Origin: Macrostomum lignano
Lineage: Eukaryota
DNA length: 64,000 nt
Reading direction: 5' to 3'
Assembly: GCA_002269645.1 (NCBI GenBank)
Contig: NIVC01000038.1
Span: forward strand, 124,001-188,000
The position numbers and the translations under genes were made by a program. The notes under the pieces are model-generated. The model had not been told where the DNA came from. It saw nothing but the letters and a program-made list of their open reading frames with translations, and ran no database searches. Of this stretch, positions 1 to 11,415 are shown piece after piece (position 1 is the stretch's first letter; each line of letters starts with the position of its first letter).

Positions 1-3000
1 GGCGGCAGGTGCACCGACGGTGTCAGAAACTACACCTGCGACTGCTCTCGCGTCGACTTCCAAGGCGACACCTGCAGCTCCAAGATCGATGACTGCGTGT
101 CGAGTCCGTGCCAGCACGGCGGCAGGTGCATCATCGATGGTGTCAGAAACTACACCTGCAACTGCTCTGCCACCGACTTCTACGGATCGAACTGCCAGAG
201 CCGCATTGACGACTGCGCCAGCAACCCGTGCAGCCACAACGCCACCTGCGTTGATGGGCACAGAGACTTCAGCTGCAGCTGCTTCAGCGGCTACTCAGGA
301 AAGACCTGCTCCGATGACGTGCAGGACTGCTCGCCGAATCCGTGCCAGTTCGGTGGCGCCTGTCTGCAGCGCAGCAACCCGGCTCTGTATGGAAACTCAC
401 CGCTGCCAGCGCCGTTCAACGGCAGCTTCAGCTACGCGCTGGCTGCCGGATTCGTCTGCCTCTGCCCACATGGTGAGGAGGTCCGGTATCATATTTACTG
501 TGCAGATTCCAATCTAAAATAATTTTTATCTGACTGCTACAGGTACCCACGAAGACAACTGCTCCATCAACCCGAACGACTGTCTGGATCCGGCCACCAA
601 CCGCAGCGTGTGCGCTCACGCGTCGAGCTGCACGGACGGCCTGGCCTCATTCACCTGCCACTGCCTGCCCGGCTACGAGGGCCCGACCTGCTCAGTCGAC
701 ATCAACGAGTGCGAGCGGTTCGGACAGCCGTGTAGGAACGGAGCCGTCTGCAAGGACCTGGTAGCGGATTATGCCTGCACCGGCTGCCCTGCTGACTATA
801 CGGAGGCAAAAACTGCAGCGTCAGACTGACTGGCTGCGACTCCAGCCCATGTCACATAAATGCTACTTGCGAGCCGCTGCTTCTTCGCGAGCTGCCGTCA
901 CCTGCTCACGGCTACCGCTGCACCTGCAAGCCTGGCTGGTCTGGACCGCAGTGCAACGAGACCACTCTGGCGTCATTCAACGGGACGTCCAGTTTCAGCG
1001 CCAATTTTAGTACAACAGCTGACTGCAACTTCGAGCTGTCATTTCGCACGAGTGTCGCTCACTTCGATCTGGTCCGGCTCTCGTCTCACTGGGGAGACAT
1101 CCGAGTCGGCGCTCACGACTCCAGTCTCATGCTGTTGTTCTTCAATGCCTCATCGTCTGTGATTGGTCAAGCCGCTTGGCCAATCAGTGCCAGCTTGGCC
1201 TCTACTGATTGGCTGACACTGTCGGTCTCGCTGACCAATGGCAGAGCGACATTGAGTCGCAGTGAGTCAGGAGTGAGTCAGACGCCTGGAGCACAGCTGG
1301 TCGACGGATTGTCGAACTCATTCAAGCCGAACAGTCGAATGTCAGTTCGTGTCGGCGTCGAGAGCGGATCCGGGATCGACGGCAGCGGCGGCTTTCGCGG
1401 CTGCGTGAGAGACCTGAGGCTCGTGACGGACGATTCGATGATCGTCGCTACGGAGACCACGACAGAGTCGAGCAACGCGACCTGGGGAGTCTGCAGTCGG
1501 TGCAGTGCGGCAGCCCGTCTTGTGAAGCAAAGACGAGCTCGATGTGCTCAGATGTGTGGAACGACTTTGTGTGCCACTGCGCTGCGGACTTCGGAGGCCT
1601 GCGCTGCTCCGTTGAGCTTCCATCGTTCTCACTGGGTGTGGGCGGCAGCGTGTCATCAACGATCTCCGCGTCTGCAGCAGGTGTGTCAAGTGTGTATGGC
1701 GGAGACTCGTGGACGATTGAGCTGAGGCTGGTGACTTTGTCTCGAGGAGCGTTTCTGCTGCTGCTGGGCAACCCGAGCGACTCAGCGACCACTCCGAGAC
1801 TGCTCGCTACAGTCAGTGTCCTTGTGGTACTCCTCTGTAGATGTTCAAGGTTTTTACACTCGTAAAGTCAATTTTTCTTTAAAATCTTTTCAGATCGATC
1901 ACTCTGGTCGTCTGTCCGCCCAGTTACTGCACGGCAACGGCTCCTCATCGCAGCGCTGACGTCATCAGACTCTTGGCCACCGGCAGCTTCGTCTTCGTGA
2001 AGATCTCCGTGTCGATATCGGGTCGCTCGCTGTCGCTGTCAGTGTCATTTCAGTCAGGTCGGCATCGCTGAGCAGTGGGAGTCCGCTGCCGCAGCTGTCA
2101 GGCCAGCTCATCATCGGCGGCTTCAGCGGTCTTCGAGCAGCCCGGCTCCGTCGCCGATTCCACAGGCCGGGCGCTTCGAGAACAAAGAGATCGGCAGATG
2201 TCGCGCTGTCCAGAGTTGCTTCAGCGGCAGGAAATGTCACCGCGTTTCGAGGCTCGCTGAGGTCAATCAAGGTGAACGGTGACACTCCACTGATTTTGGT
2301 TGCTGGGAATGACGGCTTCGAGGGCCTCACAGGTGCCGTGGTAGCCAGCGAGTCGACAGAGATTGTCCCAGGCATTTTCAACAATACCGTGTGCGAAGAG
2401 TTTCGACCTTGTAGAAATGGAGCGACCTGCACTAACGGGCTCTACTATTCGTACCGGTGAGTTTATTGTCAATGTCTTTAGTTAAACACTTCTGCTGCAG
2501 TCCATGGCTAATCTGCATTGATACCACGGATGCCTCAATTTTAGCTGCGTTTGCCACCCGGGCTACTCGGGCGAGGACTGCTCCGTCGACCATCCCGACT
2601 GCAGCTCGAATCCGTGCGGCGCCGACTCGTTCTGTCTGGAGCGAAGCATTGAAGCTTTGTACAGCAATGCGTCCAGCCTGGCGCCGTTCAACGGCTCCTT
2701 CAGCTACTCGAAGGCTGCCGGCTTTGAGTGCGTGCGCATGATGGCACGACTGAGACTGCCGCCAGTAGTGAGGCTGCCGCCAGTAAGTAGTGAGGCTGCG
2801 CTAGTAAGTAGTGAGACTGCCGCCAGTAAGTAGTGAGGCTGCTGCCAGTAAGTAGTGAGGCTGCCGCCAGTAAGTAGTGAGGCTGCCGCCAGTAAGTAGT
2901 GAGGCTGTCGCAGTAAGTAGTGAGGCTGTCGCCAGTAAGTAGTGAGGCTGCTGCCAGTAAGTAGTGAGGCTGCCGCCAGTAAGTAGTGAGGCTGTCGCCA

Positions 3001-4924
3001 GTAAGTAGTGAGGCTGTCGCCAGTAAGTAGTGAGGCTGCCGCAGTAGTGAGGCTGTCACTAGTAAGTAGTGAGGCGTCACTAGTAAGTGGTGAGGCTGCT
3101 GCCAGTAAGTAGTGAGGCTGCCGCAAGTAAGTAGTGAGGCTGTCGCCAGTAAGTAGTGAGGCTCCGCCCAGTAAGTAGTGAGGCTGCCGCCAGTAAGTAG
3201 TGAGGCTGCCGCCAGTAAGTAGTTAGGCTGCTGCCAGTAAGTAGTGAGGCTGCCGCCAGTAAGTAGTGAGGCTGCCGCTAGTAAGTAGTGAGGCTGCCGC
3301 CAGTAAGTAGTGAGGCTGCTGCCAGTAAGTAGTGAGGCTGCCGCCAGTAAGTAGTGAGGCTGTCACTAGTAAGTGGTGAGGCTGCTGCCAGTAAAGTAGT
3401 GAGGCTGCCGCCAGTAAGTAGTGAGGCTGCCGCTAGTAAGTAGTGAGGCTGCCGCCAGTAAGTAGTGAGGCTGTCACTAGTAAGTGTGAGGCTGTCACCA
3501 GTAAGTAGTGAGGCTGCCGCCAGTAAGTAGTGAGGCTGTCACCAGTAAGTAGTGAGGCTGCCGCCAGTAAGTAGTGAGGCTGCCGCTAGTAAGTAGTGAG
3601 GCTGCCGCCAGTAAGTAGTGAGGCTGCCGCCAGTAAGTAGTGAGGCTGCCGCCAGTAAGTAGTAAGGCTGCCGCCAGTAAGTAGGGAAGCTGCCTTAGTC
3701 TTAGAGGGATTAAATGCAGTCAATGAAATTGAATTTCAATAATGTCTGGCTTGTTGGTCAGCAAAATATGAGTTTACTTTAAGCGAATGTAAACTTTTTT
3801 ATTGCCCGCTAGCAACTTGTGTCAAAAACCGTGTCACAAGATTTGATCGTTGCGATGCCACGATGCTCATACTTCAATAGTCTCATTCAATCGAACCCTT
3901 TACCTATTACAGATGACTTTCTTTCCACTTGGCCAATTGCGGCCATTGCTGTGGCAATCTTCTTATTTGGAGTTCTTCTGACAGTTTCCGTGTTCCTCCT
4001 GCTGCTAAACCGGCATCGAAACGTGGGTCTTTGCACGCCAGTCATTTCAATAAAACCCTACGAGTATATACAAATGCCTAATTATCATCATAAATATAAT
4101 TTTCAGGGCAAGCTGTCACTTGGATATTTCGAGAGACAGGTATTCCCTCTATTATCGTAAAACTGTCAAAATTATTGTATATTTACTGATTAGATATTGT
4201 TTATTTACGTTTGAGGCCCCCGTTCTGGAGAATGCGAAACGAAGAAGTGCAGCGAAGGTTTTGAGCGATCTGAGAGACCGTCTGAGCTCGCGCAGTGAGC
4301 ACACCTACCTGACATCCGACAGGCGTCCGGTGAGACCTCTGCTCCCAGTCATGCTGATGGCCTCATCATGAAAAATATTGTGACACTATAGCCTGATTGT
4401 ATCTGCTTAAGCAAGTTCTTGGCATAAATTTGTTAAAATGTACTTTTGCTAAAAAGTGTAACGTTTAGAGTTTAAATATTTTAACGAGCCAGATGGATGG
4501 ACAGATTAGTAGATTTAGTATCTAGGTACGAGTGTAGATGAAGAAATGAATTATATTTTGTACACTAATAACTACTAACTTCATGAATTTGCAGCAAATA
4601 TCTACCGTCGAAAGGTACGAAATGGCTCCATACGATGTGATCAGCGATGCGGAGACAAAGCCAGATGAAGTCTCTCCTGAGCAGGTTTGCTACTCGCAAT
4701 TGATTGATTTGCCTACCAGAAAGAGTTGCGCTGAGCAAACTGTGAGCAGCAATTCCTGCTTCAACCCGCTGTAGGAAGTCGAACCTGCGGCCGGCTCCAA
4801 TCGGTTCAACAGCGAGCTGTCATCAGCCTACGATGTGATCCCGGACCTGACGGCGAGCCAGAAGCAGCAGAACCAGAGAGCTGCTCAGCAAGTCAAGAGC
4901 AATCAACCAGAGGAGTACTGCTGA
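1..4924 (+). pseudogene. Copy A (5'-truncated by window edge) of Crumbs-ectodomain / Tyr-motif-tail receptor; frameshifted. Exons <1-472, 543-1811, 1894-2456, 2545-2782, 3913-4022 (TM), 4107-4139, 4216-4329, 4595-4684, 4775-4924
   Basis: Ca-binding-type EGF repeats (DDCASNPCSHNATC...), two LamG-like domains, TM exon (DFLSTWPIAAIAVAIFLFGVLLTVSVFLLLLNRHRN) and GT-AG sites match copies B-D. Indels vs paralogs: +2 nt near 798, -4/-3 nt near 1500-1520, several single-base deletions in 1940-2180, -1 near 2747. Some of these could be long-read consensus errors. Confidence 0.8.
2753..3695 (+). repeat. 22-bp minisatellite (GTAAGTAGTGAGGCTGCCGCCA)n, ~42 units, at the exon/intron junction before the TM exon
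   Basis: Direct tandem repeat visible; no unique spacers. Confidence 0.97.
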
Positions 4925-5255
4925 CTGCTGACTGCTGACTGCTGCCTGCTGACTGGTGACTGGTGACTGCTGACTGCTGACTGCTGACTGCTGACTGCTG
5001 ACTGCTGACTGCTGACTGCTGACTGCTGACTGCTGACTGCTGACTGCTGACTGCTGACTGCTGACTGCTGACTGCTGACTGCTGTCTGCTGACTGCTCAC
5101 TGCTGACTGCTGACTGCTGACTGCTGACTGCTGACTGCTGACTGCTGACTGCTGACTGCTGACTGCTGACTGCTGACTGCTCACTGCTGACTGCTGACTG
5201 CTGACTGCTGACTGCTGACTGCTGACTGCTGACTGCTGACTGCTGACTGCTGACT
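4919..5255 (+). repeat. (CTGACTG)n 7-bp microsatellite beginning at the stop codon of copy A
   Basis: Visible in sequence; source of the spurious SSQQSAV ORFs. Confidence 0.97.
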
Positions 5256-5869
5256 CCTGAGCTGCTGAAAGTCAGCTGCCAAGTGTGGTGTTGCTGCGGC
5301 ATGATTGTTTTATGATTGCAACCAGTTAACTTTTCACCATTCCATTTCCTGTGGCTTCTTGCTTTTTTCAAATAATGCTTTTTGATCTAACACTAACAAT
5401 TACTACGGTATCTAGAAAAACTTTTGTTTAACTTCATTCCAAGCCAATTTACGTTACTGATATTGTACATGTAGCTCGTAGTGGCCTCTTGTGGCCTCAA
5501 TAGATTATCTGCGATCCCAATAAAATAATTTAATCGCACTGTTTATTTACCTGGTAAATCTTTGCACAATGTTCATTTTGAATTTGTTAAATTTCTTTTG
5601 TTAATTTGTGTAATTTCATCACTGTCTTGGGGACGCTGTTTTGGGAGCGCCATCGTTGGGCGCCAAAGTACGATCATAGTTGGTGGGGGAACTGCTAAAC
5701 TTGGGAACCTGTTGCGAAAAAGGCGCAAAATCTGGAGTGAATTGGGCACCATAGCTAGATCCGGCAGGTTATGGGGGATTCAGTCTCCAAAGCACTCACT
5801 GGCTACTGGCCAGCCACTAAATAGTTGGTAATTGCTTTATTCTTTCAACAATAACAAATAATAATTCTT

Positions 5870-6405
5870 GCGGGCCCTGTTGCGGCGCAGTGACGCAGAT
5901 TTTAGCTCTATTCCGTCATCGAGAAGTCGCGGATACGACAGTCCATCCTGATAGTTACCTCCATAGATTTCAAGAAGGCATTCGACTCGGTCGTCTGATC
6001 CCAAAGGTGCCAGAGCAGCTTGGCACCGCCCTCGTGGCAATGTACCCGGATAAAAAGGCTGCTGGTTCAACACCAAACGGCCTATCGGACTTTTTTGAGA
6101 CATCCTCTGCAGTTGCCGTTCCTGTTTTTGCTGGTGCTTGAACGGGTGCTGTGGATTGTTCCTCGGCAAGTCGTGCAGTCCAGGCGGTGGTCGAGACCGT
6201 CCTGCTGTACGACCGTGCGCACCGCCTTCAAGATCAGCGAGTTTTTGACGCGGCACTGCAACGCCGTGCGACGGCCTGGTCCGTCAAAGCGACCTGTGGT
6301 CCAAGCGACCTGTTGCGCCGTCGGCGACTCCAGCTGGGAGGCTACACCATCAGCGCCGAGTTGTACAGCCTACAGCCGGTGCAAGAGTTACCGCTGCTGG
6401 TGCTG
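5870..6405 (+). mobile_element. Degraded RTE-like non-LTR retrotransposon remnant, 5' part (internally deleted)
   Basis: Across frameshifts: RT motifs ILIVTSIDFKKAFDSV, STPNGLSDFFETSS, LPFLFLLVLERVL, then C-terminal AVVETVLLY...LLRRRRLQLGGY...QPVQELPLLVL. Confidence 0.75.
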
Positions 6406-6443
6406 TTGTTGTTGTTGTTGTTGGGGCAAAGGCGCCGAGGGAG

Positions 6444-9400
6444 TCAGAGACTTCGCCTCGCAAGCGCCACCGACCTCGCGGGGGCGACGGACAGAATCCC
6501 GGGGTCCAGGGTGTCCTCGTCGAACAGCTCGAGGCGGAGCCTCCGGAGGGCCGGGCAACCGAGCCAGTGCTCGAGGTCTTCCGGGCCCTCCTCGCAGCGT
6601 GGGCAGATGGGGTCCGCCGTCGGGTTGACGATGCGACTGTACGCGCGGAGAAGGCTGCAGTGGCCCGCGCGGAGCCTCGCCAGGAGCACGGGATCCTGAC
6701 GATTCTGAAGTTCGGCGCGGTCGCGTTGCCGGTTGAGCGCGCGGTACACGGAAATCGTGCAGGCGTGGGTCAGGGGCGGGTCGCCGATCTCGCGCCTGAC
6801 CGCTGCCACCGCGCTGCTGTACGAGGTCTTGCTGACGCGCCAGCGATGGATGCGGCATTCTTGGCAGCTGCGTCCGCCATCTCGTTACCAGGGATGCCGC
6901 AGTGCGCTGGGATCCACTGGAGAGTGAGGGAGGCAACCCGGCAGTTCAAGTCCGGGAGCGAGCATCTCGGCACGATGCTCATGAGGGCGTCGAGCAGTGC
7001 TCGACTGTCGGAGCAGATCAACACCCGGCCGGTGACTTGATGGTCGTTGAGCCAGGCCATGGCCAGTCCGAGGGCGCGGCGCTCCTCGTCGAAGCTGCAG
7101 GTCGGCGAGGCGCCGCGGACGGCGACGGTGTCGATGACCTGCGGGGTGGCAGGGTCGCCGCGGGTGACCACGCATGCTGCGCCCCCTCGGAGCAGCCGCC
7201 TTCGGCGGAGCCGTCCGTGTAAAGAACCAGGTCAGCGTTCGCCGTGCGGATGGATGATATCGCCTGGTCCCTGGCTACGTCAGCGCTGTCTTGTTGCGTC
7301 GTCGGGTGAGCAGCCTGCCTGGGTCTGACGGCGACGGTCGGCAGCAAGCGCGTCACGGTCCAGCCCGCCGCCAGGTGGATCCAGGGGCAGCGGGGGAGCG
7401 GTGGGAGGGCTTCGCGGCGGCCCAGGTTTCCCGGCATTCTTGCCAGAAGTTTCTGGGCGCGGAGGCGCCAGCTGCTTCTGGCCGTGCGGTGCGGAACCTG
7501 GGCCGCGGCCGCGCGGTGGCGCGGATGGTCCTCCGGGAGGCGCAGCGCTTTTTCGTAAGCCGCGAGGCAGAGTTGGTCGCGCATGGTAGCGACGGTGCAC
7601 ACTCCAGCCTCGAGGTGGAGTGCCTCAACCGGGGTTGTGCGAAGCTGACCTGTGACGATACGGAGTGCCTGGTTCTGCGCGCGTTGGAGATGAGACATGG
7701 TGGTGTCTGCCAGCCAGGGTTGCCATGCTGGTGACGCGTAGTGCAGGATGCTGAGTTGCATTGCTTTGAAGGTAGTTAGAAGACTGTCTTTGGACCAGCC
7801 CCACGACCTGGCAGCGAGGCACGCTAGGAGACGGCAGCGGTTGCCGACTGTTCTGCAAACTTCGGATACCAGTTTGCTAAAGGAAAACGTGCGGTCGAGA
7901 TAGACGCCCAAGAAGCGAGGGCTGCTGCAGAACGGGATGGTAGTGTCGTTGAGGCAAATGCTGGGCTGGAGGGCGGCCTGATGCGGGTCGGTAGTGAACA
8001 GGGCGCATTCGCTTTTGGTCGGGTTCAACACCATGTGGTTGGCTCGGCTCCAGTTCGCGACGCAGTCGACCGCGTCTTGGATGGCGAGTGTGGCTGTTGC
8101 GACGTCGTTGCTCTGGCTGCGGAGGGCGATGTCGTCAGCGGACATCAGGGCGTCAACTTGCGCCGGGATGGCCGACACCACAGGGTCCAGAAACAGAATT
8201 AAAAGCAGCGGGGTGATGACTGAGCCCTGCGGGAGCCCTTGGCGAAGCCGGCGGTAGCATCCGTTGGTGCCGTTGACGCACACGCGGGCTTGGCGGTTGC
8301 TGAGAAAGGCGCGGACCCACCGGACGTAGATCCCTGGTACACCTTTCTCGATGAGAGTGAGGAGTAGGCGCTTAATCCAGACTTTGTCATAGGCTTTACT
8401 AAAATCGAGAAACGCCATGATGGAGCGCAGCATGGGCGAGTTCTGGAAGCCGTCGCTGATGCTCTGGACAGCTGACAGAATTTATTCCTCGCAGCTGCGG
8501 AGTCGGCGGAAGCCGGCCTGCTGTTGTGAGAGCCAGCCGCGGAACTCAGCCAAGAAGGTGAGGCGCGCGGTCATCATGCGTTCCAGCAGCTTGACAACGC
8601 AGGAGGTGAGGCTGACCGGGCGGAAGGAAGCCAAGTCGCCGGGTGGCTTGCCCTTCTTGAGCAGCGGAATGATGGTGGCATTTCTCCACTGCTGTGCCAC
8701 GATGCCCCTGGAGAAGGACTGGTTGAACAGTGCGAGGAGCTCGGCTCTGGCGATGGGGCCCAAGGCCTTGAGGAAGCGCGGCGAGACGTCGTCTGGGCCG
8801 GGGGCGCCAGTGGCTCGTTGTTGCTTGATGGCCGCGTCGAGCTCGTGTTCCAAGAATGGGCGCACTCTTCAGCCTCCTGGTTGGTGTCGCAGGCGCGTAC
8901 GGCAGACTTAGCGGAGCGGTTGACGGCGCGGTCGGCTTTGTTGAAGTGGAGACGGTTGACCGCCGCGTAGTGCTTGATGAAGATCTCAGCCTTACTCGCG
9001 TCGTCGCAGTAGGTTTTGTCTCTGACGGACAGGGCCTCGTTAGCGGCGTTGTCGCCCGGGGTACCGCTGAGGCTGCGGACGAGGCGCCAGGCCTTGGTGG
9101 CATCTTGGCATAGGTCGATGTCGCACAGGAATTCCCGCCAGCTCTTCTCCTTGCTCTCGCGGGAGAGTGTAGCGGCGTCCGCACAGGCTTGGAGCCATTC
9201 GGCGCGGCGGTTACCGACGTCTCTGCGAAGGCGATTGCGCTTGCGGATGGCCTCGCGAGCCTCCTGGGAGAGCCAGGGCCGGGCTGGACGTTTGGAGGAC
9301 TTTTTCCCGACGTGGCGGTGTGCCGATGCTATGATGGCCTCCGTGAGGCGGCTGGCTCGTTCTTTGAATGAGACGCCGGTGCTTTTGAAGGTGGCGACTT

Positions 9401-10140
9401 GGGAGTCGACGTCCTGGACAAACGCCGTCCAGTCCACCCCGGTGCTTCTCCAGAAAGTCCTGGTCTGACGATGGAGATTCTCGGTGGTGCAGCGGAGGTG
9501 GATGGCGATTGGGAGGTGGTCGGAGCCGAGGTCGTCGAGGGTACTCCAAGAGGTGCGGTGATGCCAAGCGTTGCGGCAAAGCGATACGTCTGGCGTGCTC
9601 TCGCCGCCTGTACCGCGGTTAATTCTGGTTGGCGAGCCGTCGTTCACGACCGTCAAGCCATGTTCGGTGGCCCAGTCCAGCAGGGTGTCGCCACGACCAT
9701 CGGCCGGTTGGGTCTGGTCCCAGATGGCCGAGTGGGCGTTAAAGTCGCCGGCGAGCAGGTCGGCGTCCGTTGGGAGGGTCGACCAGAGTACCTCGCCGTG
9801 TTCTTCGCCGCCACGGACAGGCGGGACGTACACGTTATCCACGTCCAGGGATTTTTTGGAGCTCAGGAAGATACGCACGCGGCAGGCTTCGATTGGCTCG
9901 CGGGTCGTCACCGGCTTGCGTTCGAATGCGAGACAGTCCCGAATGAATGTAAGCAGCCCACCTCCGCCGTCCGGCCGCTTGCGGTCCACCCGAACCGCGG
10001 TGTAACCAAGGAGGCAGGGGGTGGGGTCCTGCGGGCGCAGTTTGGACTCCTGGATCAGAATCAGGTGAAGTTTGGTGCAGAGTTGATGCAGTTTGCCAGC
10101 TCGGCGACCCGGGTTAAGATGCCGTCCGCATTCCACTGAA
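6444..10140 (-). pseudogene. APE-RT-RNase H-zinc finger polyprotein region of the Ingi-like element, broken by frameshifts and a TAA near 8482
   Basis: Overlapping ORFs 8574-10136, 8482-8865, 7018-8433, 6770-7171 and 6444-6809 carry consecutive domains. Confidence 0.9.
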
Positions 10141-10246
10141 GAATCAGCGGGGATTCCTGGCGGTTCGTGGTGCGGAGGCAGGCGCGCTGGGTGGTGATCC
10201 GGGCCTGAGTCGTGGTCTGGTTAGTGACTGCCGTCTCGTGTGCCGC

Positions 10247-10957
10247 CTAAGTTGAGGTGCAGGCCGGGCAGGTCCAGTGACCCTGGGTGGCAGCCAGGTC
10301 GGCCGCAAGCCTGGTGAGACGGGTGCATTTCTTGTGGAACTTAGCATTACACTGACGGCAGGCGATGGGGTGGTGGTTAGAGCGGAAGAGAGAGTAGCAC
10401 CCGCTGCAGCAGCCGGAGTCTTGAGTCTGCGGGCGGGGGTGACCGGCAGCCGCGGGGCGCCTATCCGCGATCGGGCGGCCGGCCAGGGACCTCACCGCAG
10501 GTGGGGTGTGGACGGGGCAGCGCCAGCGAGGGCAGCCATTGAAGCGCGGGATGCTGCTGCATTTGGTTGTACGGTGGCAGGTTGACGTGCAGCCGGCGGT
10601 TGCGCACCGTAGCGGAGTGGTGCCGGAGCGGATTGGGCCCGAGCAGGCATTGCAGTTGCCGGGGGCAGCTGCCTCTGCGGTTGGCGGGTTGCGGGGGGTG
10701 CGCTCTGGTCCGCCGTGGTGTTGGCAGAGCCAGCGTTGGTTCTGTTGGTATCGGCGGATGCCGCTGCAAGATGGTTGCTTGTGGCAGCGGGTGGGGCACT
10801 GACCGGACTGGCAGGAGAGGAAGTTCGAGCCTCTTCTGATGGGGCGACCGCAGCAGTCGCAGTCGGGCCCGGGGTTTAGTTCAATGTCGCCTGCGAGCCG
10901 GGCGAGCAAACTGAGCCAGAAAAAGAGGCTGATGACGATGATGACATGTCTGGACAC
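10247..10957 (-). CDS. N-terminal part of the Ingi-like ORF: hydrophobic leader, 2A/StopGo motif (GDIELNPG/P, 10865-10888) and three PHD-like fingers; ends at an in-frame TAG before APE
   Basis: Translation in ORF track; exact D[VI]ExNPGP motif; frame after the TAG continues into ILQWNADG. Confidence 0.85.
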   Translation of the reverse strand: MSRHVIIVISLFFWLSLLARLAGDIELNPGPDCDCCGRPIRRGSNFLSCQSGQCPTRCHKQPSCSGIRRYQQNQRWLCQHHGGPERTPRNPPTAEAAAPGNCNACSGPIRSGTTPLRCATAGCTSTCHRTTKCSSIPRFNGCPRWRCPVHTPPAVRSLAGRPIADRRPAAAGHPRPQTQDSGCCSGCYSLFRSNHHPIACRQCNAKFHKKCTRLTRLAADLAATQGHWTCPACTST

Positions 10958-11344
10958 CGGGAAGTGATCGTGCTTGGCGATGGATCATGCCCACCTTCTG
11001 TGGTGCCAAGCGGGCAGGCGTAAGCCTGGCAAAGAGGCTCAGATCCAGGGCGACGGGAAAGACACTGGCCGGAACCGCTTGGAACCGTCCCAGGAGAACA
11101 CCCGCAGCCGACAGAGTGGTCCCGGACCAACCACCCGGGGCACCTCTCAAAACAACACGATGGTGACGCGCCAAAACGTGCGCGGCCGGCTCGGTCAGAG
11201 CAGAAGCGCGGCAAGAAGAGACGGAGACAGGAGGAGAGTGTGGGCAAGGATCAGGTGGCAACTGAGAACGATCGGGAAGTGATGGTCGCCTCGCACCGCG
11301 GTTGTGACGTAGTCGCGTACCGGGGGAGGCGGTTGCCTAGGGTT

Positions 11345-11415
11345 GGGCATCTTGGCACGGTCGTAGCTGTCCGACCATCCGGGTCGCCGGGTAGAGGCGA
11401 TGCCCATGACCGCGG
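11345..11415 (-). ncRNA. Candidate HDV-like self-cleaving ribozyme in the 5' UTR of the Ingi-like element
   Basis: Minus strand CCGCGGUC-AU-GGGCAUC-GCC-UCUACCC-GGC-GACCC-GG-AUGGUCG-GACAGCUA-CGACCGU-GCCAA-GAUGCCC: P2 7 bp perfect, P3 3 bp with 7-nt loop, P4 7 bp, J4/2 GCCAA. P1 is imperfect (4 bp, or 7 bp with a bulged C). Confidence 0.65.

Noticed and set aside
1940-2180. Single-base deletions in copy A as proof of pseudogenisation
   Set aside because: The pattern is also typical of long-read consensus errors and cannot be resolved without reads
1448-2432. Antisense ORFs overlapping the LamG exons (repeated in each copy)
   Set aside because: Shadow ORFs of GC-rich coding sequence; conserved only because the sense gene is duplicated
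2753-3695. CRISPR-like array (22-bp repeats; also 33170-34672)
   Set aside because: Units are contiguous with no unique spacers, there are no cas genes, and the context is eukaryotic and intron-containing
4823-5371. SSQQSAV, YLSI, VSQS and QPHYLLAAASLL repeat ORFs (here and at 36458, 53734, 60237, 62641)
   Set aside because: Translations of micro/minisatellites
10247-10249. Programmed stop-codon readthrough between the PHD region and APE
   Set aside because: The element has other stops and frameshifts; a CAG-to-TAG decay mutation is the simpler explanation without a family consensus
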